DNA from: an uncultured Bacilli bacterium
GTDB taxonomy: Bacteria; Bacillota_I; Bacilli_A; RF39; UBA660
Assembly: GCA_947623685.1 (NCBI GenBank)
Contig: CANQHF010000003.1
Span: 7,321 to 71,320, forward strand
Direction of reading: 5' to 3'
Length of the DNA stretch: 64,000 nt
The notes under the pieces are model-generated. The model saw only the letters and a program-made list of their open reading frames with translations. It was not told where the DNA came from and did not search any database. Positions 36,073-43,980 of the stretch are shown in pieces. Every line of letters starts with the position of its first letter. Position 1 is the first letter of the stretch. A program made the position numbers and the translations under genes.

Positions 36073-37095
36073 ATGTATGGTTTTGGAAGTATGTTGAAAG
36101 ATTATTTAGAGTATAATCTTATATCTCAAAGTGATTTTGCAAATAGACTTGGAATAACAAAAAAGCATATGAATGAAATATTGAATGGGAAAACTGATAT
36201 ATCAGAAGATTTGATGATAGCCATAAGTCTTATAACAGATATTGATATTAATTTGATTGCTTTTGTTGAAGCTAAGAAAAAACTTTATAATTATCTTAAT
36301 AAAAGATTTAAAAACGAAAACGAAATTAAAAAATACATTAATTCGTATCATATAAATGAAATGTACAAACGAAATTGGTTAATACTTAAGGATAAAGACT
36401 CTTATTTGCAAAATGCATATGACTTATTGAATTTTTTAAATGTAAAAGATTTTGATACTTTTGAAAAATATTCAAATAATAAAATATTATATAAGAAAAA
36501 GGAAGATGCTGATTTAAAAAAGGTATTTTTATGGATAACTAGATGTGATTGCTTAGTAAAAAATAAACAAATAGATAAGTATGATTCATCTAATTTAAGT
36601 AAATTATTACTTGAACTAAAAAATGAGCGAGTAAAAAAATTTAATTCTAGTAATTTAATTAAGTTGTTTAATAAGTATGGTATTTATTTAGTTGTAGAAG
36701 ATGCCTTAAATGGTTCTAAAGTAAGGGGATGTACTAAGGTTTTAGGTAATCATCCTGCTATATATATGACAACTTATTTAAAAGAAAAAGCTTCGTTTTA
36801 TTTTGCATTGTATCATGAGTTAGGACATGTAAAAAGTGATTATAATAAAGCAAAAAACAAGGTAATAATTGATGGTGATGACGATATAGAAAAAAGAGCG
36901 GATGCTTTTGCTTTAAATCAAATGATAGAAAAAGAAATTTATAAAGATATTTTAGATAATTATGATAATAAAGAAAAAATTTGTAAGGATAAAAAAATTC
37001 CTCTATGTTTTTTATATTCAAGATTAGCTAAAGAAGGGAAAATAAATTATAGTGATGAACTATGCATTAAAAATAGAGAAAGTATTACGTATTAA
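36073..37095 (+). CDS. XRE-family HTH fused to ImmA/IrrE (DUF955) zinc metallopeptidase
   Basis: N-terminal HTH (ISQSDFANRLGITKKHMNEILNGK). C-terminal HEXXH (YHELGHV). Confidence 0.8.
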   Translation: MYGFGSMLKDYLEYNLISQSDFANRLGITKKHMNEILNGKTDISEDLMIAISLITDIDINLIAFVEAKKKLYNYLNKRFKNENEIKKYINSYHINEMYKRNWLILKDKDSYLQNAYDLLNFLNVKDFDTFEKYSNNKILYKKKEDADLKKVFLWITRCDCLVKNKQIDKYDSSNLSKLLLELKNERVKKFNSSNLIKLFNKYGIYLVVEDALNGSKVRGCTKVLGNHPAIYMTTYLKEKASFYFALYHELGHVKSDYNKAKNKVIIDGDDDIEKRADAFALNQMIEKEIYKDILDNYDNKEKICKDKKIPLCFLYSRLAKEGKINYSDELCIKNRESITY

Positions 37096-37097
37096 TT

Positions 37098-37198
37098 AAA
37101 AAAACTTCAAAATTTTGAAGTTTTTTTAATTTATATACAAAATTCTTATTATTTCGACAAATATATTGAGTATAGTAGGTACCATTAATTTGAAAGGA
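37098..37198 (+). repeat. about 100-bp direct repeat, copy 1 (terminator hairpin plus downstream sequence)
   Basis: AAAAAAACTTCAAAATTTTGAAGTTTTTTT...TTATTATTTCGACAAATAT.TTGAGTATAGTA.GT.CCATTAATTTGAAAGGA. Repeated at 38754-38853 with 5 substitutions and a 1-nt A-run difference by manual alignment. Confidence 0.9.
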
Positions 37199-37282
37199 AA
37201 GATAAAAATGTTAAGAAGAAAAACACATTAGCTTAAAAATATATTTCATTTTTATTATACAGCATATATCATTTAAAGTGAT

Positions 37283-37324
37283 TTACCACATTTGATTGAC
37301 TTTTGTGGTAATTTACTTTAAAAT
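37283..37324 (+). promoter_or_regulatory. candidate abiE promoter with flanking inverted repeat (possible AbiEi operator)
   Basis: TTGACT (37296-37301), 17-nt spacer, TAAAAT (37319-37324). TTACCAC (37283-37289) and GTGGTAA (37305-37311) bracket the -35 box. Confidence 0.4.
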
Positions 37325-37344
37325 TATTTTAAGAGGTGATTTAA

Positions 37345-37887
37345 TTGATAATGTTGTATAAAGATCTTATTAAAAAATATAAAAGTGATTATAATATTAA
37401 AAAATTGATTGAAATAGGTAAAATATTTAAAATAGAAAAAGGTATTTATAGTAATCAAAAAAATGTGAATTATTTAGAAATTTTAACTAAAAAATATCCT
37501 GATGCAATATTTACAATGGATAGTGCTTTTTATTATTATGGATTAACAGATGTAATTCCACAAAAAGAGTATTTAGCATTAAGAAGAGATAAAACAAAAA
37601 TTAGTGACGAACGAGTTAAAGTTATATATTATCAAGATAAGTTTTTTGAAATCGGGAAATCCGTTTTAAAAATAAATAGTGTTAATATTAAAATCTATGA
37701 TAAAGAAAGGATGTTAATAGAATTGATAAGACGTAGAAACAAAATGGGTTTTGACTATTATAAAGAAATAATTAGAAATTATAGAGAAATAAAGGATTCT
37801 TTAAATACCAAAAAAATAGCTGAATATATTAGTAAATTTAAAATAGGAGATTATTTATATGATGTAATTATGAAAGAGGTGTTTTAA
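37345..37887 (+). CDS. AbiEi-like antitoxin (type IV TA / abortive infection)
   Basis: N-terminal IEKGIYS motif of the AbiEi_4 domain. Stop overlaps the start of the next gene (TAATG). Confidence 0.65.
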   Translation: MIMLYKDLIKKYKSDYNIKKLIEIGKIFKIEKGIYSNQKNVNYLEILTKKYPDAIFTMDSAFYYYGLTDVIPQKEYLALRRDKTKISDERVKVIYYQDKFFEIGKSVLKINSVNIKIYDKERMLIELIRRRNKMGFDYYKEIIRNYREIKDSLNTKKIAEYISKFKIGDYLYDVIMKEVF

Positions 37888-38702
37888 TGGATTTAAACAA
37901 GATTTTTAATGATTACTTGAATAATGGATATTCTAATGCTAATGCTAATTCTCGTGTTTGCCAAGACATTATATTATCAAAAATAAGTGATTCAAATTTA
38001 AGCCAAAATGTAACTGTTAAAGGCGGTGTAGTAATGATGGCTATTTCTAAAAATAAAAGAAGGGCAACACAAGATTTAGATTTCGATTTTATAAGATACT
38101 CATTGGATGATAATGCAATAAAAACTTTTATAGAAAAATTAAATGACGAAAATATAAAAATAGAAATCATAGAGCCAATTAAGAAACTTCACCATCAAGA
38201 CTATGATGGAAAAAGGGTTTTTATAAAAATATCTGATAATTTTGGAAATGTTTTTTCTACAAAACTAGATATAGGTATTCATAAAGATATGGATATAAAA
38301 CAAGATGAACTATGGTTTGATTTAGGTACATTTTCAAATGGAGTTATATTGCTTGCCAATTCTAAAGAACAAATTTGTGTAGAAAAAATAAAAACTTTAT
38401 TAAAATTCGGTATTACATCAACAAGATATAAAGATATTTTTGATATTTATTATTTATTTAAAGCCAAAAATTTTAATAATAATCGTTTTTTAGAGTATAT
38501 GGATAAATTGATATTTAAAGATAGTTTGATAAGTGAAAATAATATATATGATGTAAAAGTAAGTTTAAAATTCACTCTAAATAATCGTAAATTTAGATCT
38601 ATGATTAATATGGCTAAAAATAATTGGTTAGAAATACCTGCGGAAGATGTGATTGAATTTATTTTAAAATTTATTTCATCATTAGAACTAGTAGAAGCAT
38701 AA
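37887..38702 (+). CDS. AbiEii/AbiGii family nucleotidyltransferase toxin (DUF1814)
   Basis: VKGGVVMM...RATQDLDFDF N-terminal nucleotidyltransferase motif; 271 aa. Confidence 0.75.
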   Translation: MDLNKIFNDYLNNGYSNANANSRVCQDIILSKISDSNLSQNVTVKGGVVMMAISKNKRRATQDLDFDFIRYSLDDNAIKTFIEKLNDENIKIEIIEPIKKLHHQDYDGKRVFIKISDNFGNVFSTKLDIGIHKDMDIKQDELWFDLGTFSNGVILLANSKEQICVEKIKTLLKFGITSTRYKDIFDIYYLFKAKNFNNNRFLEYMDKLIFKDSLISENNIYDVKVSLKFTLNNRKFRSMINMAKNNWLEIPAEDVIEFILKFISSLELVEA

Positions 38703-38753
38703 TTTTATAATTAATAATGAAATTAATGATCATAAAAAACTATTAAAAATAAT

Positions 38754-38853
38754 AAAAAACTTCAAAATTTTGAAGTTTTTTTAGTTTTTATACAAAATTC
38801 TTATTATTTCGACAAATATGTTGAGTATAGTAAGTGCCATTAATTTGAAAGGA
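38754..38853 (+). repeat. about 100-bp direct repeat, copy 2
   Basis: See 37098-37198. A third partial copy lies at 39188-39243. Confidence 0.9.
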
Positions 38854-38922
38854 GGAAATTTTATGTTTTTAACTGCATAAGATTATATTTTAAATATATT
38901 TAAACAATTACGGGGGGATTAA

Positions 38923-39190
38923 ATGAATAAGGACATTATTAAATATAAAATGAATGTTAATGATAATGAAATAAGTGTTATCAGAATTAGAAAAAAGGAA
39001 TATATTTCTTTAACTGATTTGGCTAGATATACTGATGAAATATTGCCTATTTGGGTCTATGTGAAAAATTAAATAATAAAAATTTCAAAGGTATCGAATT
39101 TATGACCTTTGAATCTTTATCAGGTAAAAATAGTTTTTATATGTCTTCTGGAAAATGGATTAGAGGAATTTTTAATAATATTCGAAATTT
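38923..39190 (+). pseudogene. KilA-N domain gene remnant (unit A of a tandem duplication)
   Basis: MNKDIIKYKMNVNDNEISVIRIRKKEYISLTDLARYTDE is followed by an internal deletion/frameshift. A shifted frame reads LGLCEKLNNKNFKGIEFMTFE...SGKWI (KilA-N C-terminal blocks). Confidence 0.6.
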
Positions 39191-39243
39191 ATTATTTCAA
39201 TAAAATATGTTGGATATAGTGGGTGCCATTAATTTGAAAGGAG
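39188..39243 (+). repeat. partial third copy of the 100-bp repeat
   Basis: TTATTATTTCAATAAAATATGTTGGATATAGTGGGTGCCATTAATTTGAAAGGA. Offset from copy 2 is 389 bp. Confidence 0.8.
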
Positions 39244-39311
39244 AAAATTTTATGTTTTTAATTGCATAATATTATATTTTAAATATATTTAAAGAATTGT
39301 ATGGGAGTTAA

Positions 39312-39691
39312 ATGAATAAGGACGTTATTAAATATAAAATGAACATTAACGATAATGAAAGTGTTATCAGAATTAGAAAAAAGGAATACATTTCTTTAAC
39401 TGGTTAGGCTAGATATGCTGATGAAATGTTGCTTATTTAGGTTTATGGGAAAAATTAAATAATAAAAATTTCAAAGGTGTCGAATTCGACACGTTTGAAA
39501 ATGAAGCTGTTAGTAATAGATTTAAAGCACTTACTTATTTTATGTAATTTAGAAAATATTAATGCTGAATTAATGATGGTTTATCTCAAGAAAAAAGATT
39601 AATTAAACTTAATAGTGCTGCTATAAGACAAATGAAAATTTTAAAAGATGACAAACAAGTAAAAGAATTAGAAAATTTAAATAACGATTAA
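39312..39691 (+). pseudogene. KilA-N domain gene remnant (unit B), multiple stops and frameshifts
   Basis: Starts MNKDVIKYKMNINDNE..VIRIRKKEYISLTG* with in-frame stops. The 3' end still encodes ...RLIKLNSAAIRQMKILKDDKQVKELENLNND*. Confidence 0.6.
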
Positions 39692-39734
39692 GTAAAAATT
39701 ATATATGAAATTATAACAAGAAAGGGTGATATTA

Positions 39735-41198
39735 ATGAAGCAGAATAAATATAAATTTACCACGTTATTATTAGTACTATCAATTATGTTATTATTACCA
39801 TTTATAAAGGTTAAAGCATCATTTAATGATTCGTTTATTGATTGGACTTTAGATAGAAGTATTTTTGCGCATCAGTGGAGAAATGATTCTGATCATATAA
39901 CTAATTTAGCTATGATAACCGCAAATGGAATCACTGCTTACTGTATAGAACCAGGAATAGTTGCGGATAAAGGTTCTTATTATTCTTCTACCAATAATAT
40001 AAACGATACAAATCTTTCTTGGGCAAACATAAAAAAGATTAGTTTGATAGGTTATTATGGATATGGCTATAGCAATCATAACGTCAAAGAATATTATATG
40101 GCTTCTCAGGAGTTAATTTGGAGAGAAATGGGAGTTGATAACGTATGGTGGACCGATAGTAAATATGGTGGTAACACAATAAACATAGATTCATATAAAA
40201 ATGAAATATTGAATTTAGTAAATAACTATGAAGTAGCACCAAGTTTTAATTTCAAAAAAGAATATATAGTAGGAGATGAATTTCAAGTAAGTGATAATAA
40301 TAACGTACTACAAGAATATGAAATAGTTGCTGGTGAAAACGTTAATATAGATAAAAACAATATTAACGTTAAAGTAAAAGATGGTGATAATAATTTTACT
40401 TTAAGAAGAAAACAAAATGGTAAGCAGTCGGTATTTTATTATAAATCTGGTTATCAAACAATAGGTAGTTTTGAGTATCCCTTTGATTATGAAAAAAGTT
40501 ATAGTATAAATCATACTTATGGAAAAATAATTGTTGATAAATTAGATTTTGATACTAAAGGTAAGGTTCCATCTTCTTCATCAGCTTCCTTAGAAGGTGC
40601 GTTATACGGTTTATATGATGAAGATGATAATTTAATAGCTAGTAAGAAAACAGATAAAAACGGAATGGTTGTATTCGATCATTTGGTAAAGAAAAATTAT
40701 ACGGTAAGAGAAATAAAACCTAGTACCGGTTATACGATGGATAACAATTCATATAAGTATTTAATTGATACTGATAATTTAAATATAGTAATAAAGTCAT
40801 ATGAGAAAATAATTAAAAATAAAATCGTTATAACTAAAGTACTTGATGACGAAGATGAAAAAGTATGCGCTCCAGAAGAAGGGGTTTTATTTCATGTTTA
40901 TGATTTAAATAATAATCTTATTATGGAAAAATATACTGATAAAAACGGGAACATATTTTTAAATCTTAACTATGGTAAATACGTATTAAGACAAATTACG
41001 TCTTTACCAGGAGTTGATAAAGTAAAAGATTTATTTATCGAAGTATCAGATGATAAAATAATGCAAAGTTTTGCTTTAGTTAATCATAAAATAAAAAATA
41101 ATGTTTTACCAAATACTGGTAAGGGCATATTTAGTTATTTTATATTATTTATTTTACTAATAATAATGGGTGTTTTATATGCGAAAAAACATAATTAG
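39735..41198 (+). CDS. LPxTG-anchored surface adhesin with thioester (TQXA-like) domain and two Cna-B/SpaA-like domains
   Basis: Signal peptide. AYCIEPG (thioester Cys) and ASQELIW (Gln partner) motifs. Repeated ...LYGLYDEDDNLI / VLFHVYDLNNNLI Cna-B-like modules. C-terminal LPNTG + TM + KKHN. Confidence 0.7.
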   Translation: MKQNKYKFTTLLLVLSIMLLLPFIKVKASFNDSFIDWTLDRSIFAHQWRNDSDHITNLAMITANGITAYCIEPGIVADKGSYYSSTNNINDTNLSWANIKKISLIGYYGYGYSNHNVKEYYMASQELIWREMGVDNVWWTDSKYGGNTINIDSYKNEILNLVNNYEVAPSFNFKKEYIVGDEFQVSDNNNVLQEYEIVAGENVNIDKNNINVKVKDGDNNFTLRRKQNGKQSVFYYKSGYQTIGSFEYPFDYEKSYSINHTYGKIIVDKLDFDTKGKVPSSSSASLEGALYGLYDEDDNLIASKKTDKNGMVVFDHLVKKNYTVREIKPSTGYTMDNNSYKYLIDTDNLNIVIKSYEKIIKNKIVITKVLDDEDEKVCAPEEGVLFHVYDLNNNLIMEKYTDKNGNIFLNLNYGKYVLRQITSLPGVDKVKDLFIEVSDDKIMQSFALVNHKIKNNVLPNTGKGIFSYFILFILLIIMGVLYAKKHN

Positions 41199-41718
41199 GA
41201 TTATTTTTATTGCCATAGTTATATTAATTATAAAAGAATCTTTAACTTGGTTTTATACATCCTATAATAATAAAAAACAGGTAAAAAGTTATTATAATAA
41301 CGAAACTAGCTTTAATTATAAAAGTAATATGGTACTTAGCATTCCTAAAATAAATTTAAATGCCGTTGTTACTTTAGCAAACGATGATTTTAAAAACTTA
41401 AATAAAAGTCTTGTTTACTATAAAAATAGTAATTATAAACAAAAAATAATTATTTTTGGGCACTCTGGAATGGGGTATGCAACTTATTTTAATAGATTAA
41501 ACGAATTAGACTATGAAAGCGTGGTTTATTTGTATAAAAATAAGTATAAAATAACTTACTTTGTAGATGATATATATACTATAGATGAAACAAATATAGA
41601 CGTTTTAAATAATGATGAGAACGAAGTTATGCTTCTTATAACTTGCCATAAAAAACAAAAAAATAAACGATTAGTTGTAAAATTAAGGGTAAATAAGGTG
41701 GAAAACCTTAAAAAATAA
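41179..41718 (+). CDS. sortase family transpeptidase
   Basis: N-terminal TM; IFGHSG (His), LLITC (catalytic Cys) and a downstream Arg (RLVVKLR). Overlaps the adhesin 3' end by 20 nt. Confidence 0.75.
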   Translation: MRKNIIRIIFIAIVILIIKESLTWFYTSYNNKKQVKSYYNNETSFNYKSNMVLSIPKINLNAVVTLANDDFKNLNKSLVYYKNSNYKQKIIIFGHSGMGYATYFNRLNELDYESVVYLYKNKYKITYFVDDIYTIDETNIDVLNNDENEVMLLITCHKKQKNKRLVVKLRVNKVENLKK

Positions 41719-41828
41719 GTAAAAAATAGCATTTTTATCATTAAAATACTTGAATTATTTTTATAAAAATGTTACGCTTATATTGTAAGCAAGATAGCTT
41801 ATAAATGAACATATATGGAGGTTTTATT

Positions 41829-42104
41829 ATGTCAAAACAAGAATTAGTAGAAAAGATGGCTGCTAAAGCTGGATTAACAAAAGCTGATGCAACTCGTGCA
41901 CTAGATGCATTCATGGAAACAGTTACTGAAACTTTGAAAAAAGGAAATAAAGTTTCACTAGTTGGATTTGGTACTTTTGCTACTTCAAAAAGAGCAGCTA
42001 GAGAAGGTCATAATCCAAGAACTGGAGAAAAAGTTAAGATTGCTGCAAGAACTGCTGTTGCATTCAAAGCTGGTTCTAAGTTAAAAGACGCTGTAAACAA
42101 ATAA
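41829..42104 (+). CDS. hup: DNA-binding protein HU
   Basis: MSKQELVEKMA...GFGTF...RNPRTGE-type motifs. GGAGG at 41816-41820. Confidence 0.95.
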   Translation: MSKQELVEKMAAKAGLTKADATRALDAFMETVTETLKKGNKVSLVGFGTFATSKRAAREGHNPRTGEKVKIAARTAVAFKAGSKLKDAVNK

Positions 42105-42168
42105 TTGAAAAACCATGAAAATGGTTTTTTTCTTTGCCTTACATGATATAATTAAATAGGTGATTTAA

Positions 42169-43260
42169 TTGAAAGAAAAAGCAATGGAACTTTTAGATAT
42201 ATTTAATAAAAATGGTTATGAAGCATACGTTGTAGGTGGGTTTGTAAGGGATATAATATTAGGAAGAGAAAGTTATGATGTTGATATAACAACAAGTGCA
42301 ACCCCTAAACAAATCCAAGAAATATTTGGCAACATAAACTTACCATTTGAGTCATATGGTTCTGTTAAATTAAATTATAAAAATGCTCATTTTGAAATTA
42401 CCACTTACCGAGTTGAATTTGACTATAAGGATAAAAGAAAACCTTCTAAAATCATTTATACCGATAAATTAATTGAGGATTTAAAAAGAAGAGATTTTAC
42501 CATTAATACCTTATGTATGGATAAAAATGGAAAAATAATAGATACTTTAGGTGTTTTAGATGATATAAAAAATAAAGTAATAAAAACGGTTGGAGATGCC
42601 GATAAAAAAATAAAGGAAGATGCTTTAAGAATTCTTAGGGCGATAAGGTTTGCAACTGATCTTGATTTTGAACTTGATACAGACCTTAAATGTGCGATAA
42701 TAAGTAATAAATCATCACTAAAAGAACTTTCATATTTTAGAAAAAAGCAAGAATTAAATAGAATTTTTTCATCTAATAATTTTTATAAAGGAATTAAGTT
42801 GTTAAACGAATTAGAGTTATCCTCTTATTTGCAAATACAAATTGATAAAGTTGTTAAAACAAGTGATCCAATTGGTGTATGGGCACAAGTTAATCCATCA
42901 TCAAAATATCCTTTTACAAGTAATGAAAGAAACTATTTAGAAGCTATTTTAAGGGTTTTAAAAGACGGAAAAATATCTGATTTTGAATTATATAAAGAAG
43001 GTAATTACGTATGTTATATTGCCTGTGAAATTTTAGGAATAAAAGATGCTAACGTACATAATAGATATGATAATTTACCAATAACGAAAAGATCTGACAT
43101 CTTAATAAATGGTAAGGATATAATAGATACTCTTTTATTAGATGATAAAAAGAAAGTAAAGCAAATACTAAATGATATTGAACAAAAAATAGTATTAAAA
43201 GATTTAAAAAACGAAAGAGAAGAACTTTTAAAATACGTAATTGATACATATTCAAAATAA
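42169..43260 (+). CDS. cca: CCA tRNA nucleotidyltransferase
   Basis: VVGGFVRDIILGR...DVDITT and RRDFTINT motifs. Start is TTG 42169 or ATG 42184. Confidence 0.85.
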   Translation: MKEKAMELLDIFNKNGYEAYVVGGFVRDIILGRESYDVDITTSATPKQIQEIFGNINLPFESYGSVKLNYKNAHFEITTYRVEFDYKDKRKPSKIIYTDKLIEDLKRRDFTINTLCMDKNGKIIDTLGVLDDIKNKVIKTVGDADKKIKEDALRILRAIRFATDLDFELDTDLKCAIISNKSSLKELSYFRKKQELNRIFSSNNFYKGIKLLNELELSSYLQIQIDKVVKTSDPIGVWAQVNPSSKYPFTSNERNYLEAILRVLKDGKISDFELYKEGNYVCYIACEILGIKDANVHNRYDNLPITKRSDILINGKDIIDTLLLDDKKKVKQILNDIEQKIVLKDLKNEREELLKYVIDTYSK

Positions 43261-43290
43261 TGATATAATCATTTAAGGGAAGTGATCTAT

Positions 43291-43938
43291 ATGAATAAAA
43301 ATGATTTTTTAAAGCAACTAAATAATGAAAATCATTATACTATTTCTAAATGTTTACTTGTGTGTGCAAAAGAATTAGGTTTAGATGTTAATTCCCTTAT
43401 TTTGCTTATTTATTTATTAAATAAACCTAATAAAATGATATATGATTATAAAAAGATAATTGAGGATTTAAGATTTTCTGAAAAAGAATTGTTAGATTCA
43501 ATTTCTTTATTAAAAGATAAAAAAATATTAGCAATATTAATGGAAAAAAATGAAAATGGTATATTAGAAGAAAAAATAGACATAAGTTTATTTTATGAAA
43601 TAGTTTTTTCCAAAATAATAGAAGAAGAAAAAAATGATACCAATCAAAAAGATTTATATGACACATTTGAAAAGGAATTTGGTAGGACATTATCCCCAAT
43701 GGAATATGAAATAATAAATGATTGGATAGAAAAGAAAATAAGTAATGAGCTTATTTTAGAAGCCCTAAAAGAAGCGGTATTTAATGGTGTTAATAATTTA
43801 AGATACATTGATAAAATATTATTTGAATGGGGTAAAAAAGGGATAAAAACTCCTAAAGATGTATTATCAAAAAAAAGAAAACAAGAAGAAGAAAAACAAG
43901 AAGAAACTTATGAGTATGATTGGCTAAACGAAGACTAA
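43291..43938 (+). CDS. DnaD domain replication protein
   Basis: FEKEFGRTLSPMEYEIINDWI...RYIDKILFEW is typical of the DnaD/DnaB_2 domain. Confidence 0.7.
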   Translation: MNKNDFLKQLNNENHYTISKCLLVCAKELGLDVNSLILLIYLLNKPNKMIYDYKKIIEDLRFSEKELLDSISLLKDKKILAILMEKNENGILEEKIDISLFYEIVFSKIIEEEKNDTNQKDLYDTFEKEFGRTLSPMEYEIINDWIEKKISNELILEALKEAVFNGVNNLRYIDKILFEWGKKGIKTPKDVLSKKRKQEEEKQEETYEYDWLNED

Positions 43939-43980
43939 TAAAGTCTTTTTTATTTTACAAAAAAAGAGCTAAAAAGCTCT

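Noticed and set aside
38754-39700. Regularly spaced repeats that might have been a CRISPR array or satellite.
   Set aside because: The period is about 389 bp with only 2-3 units. The units contain recognisable decayed KilA-N coding sequence and a promoter/terminator segment. There are no short 25-40-bp repeats with unique spacers and no cas genes.
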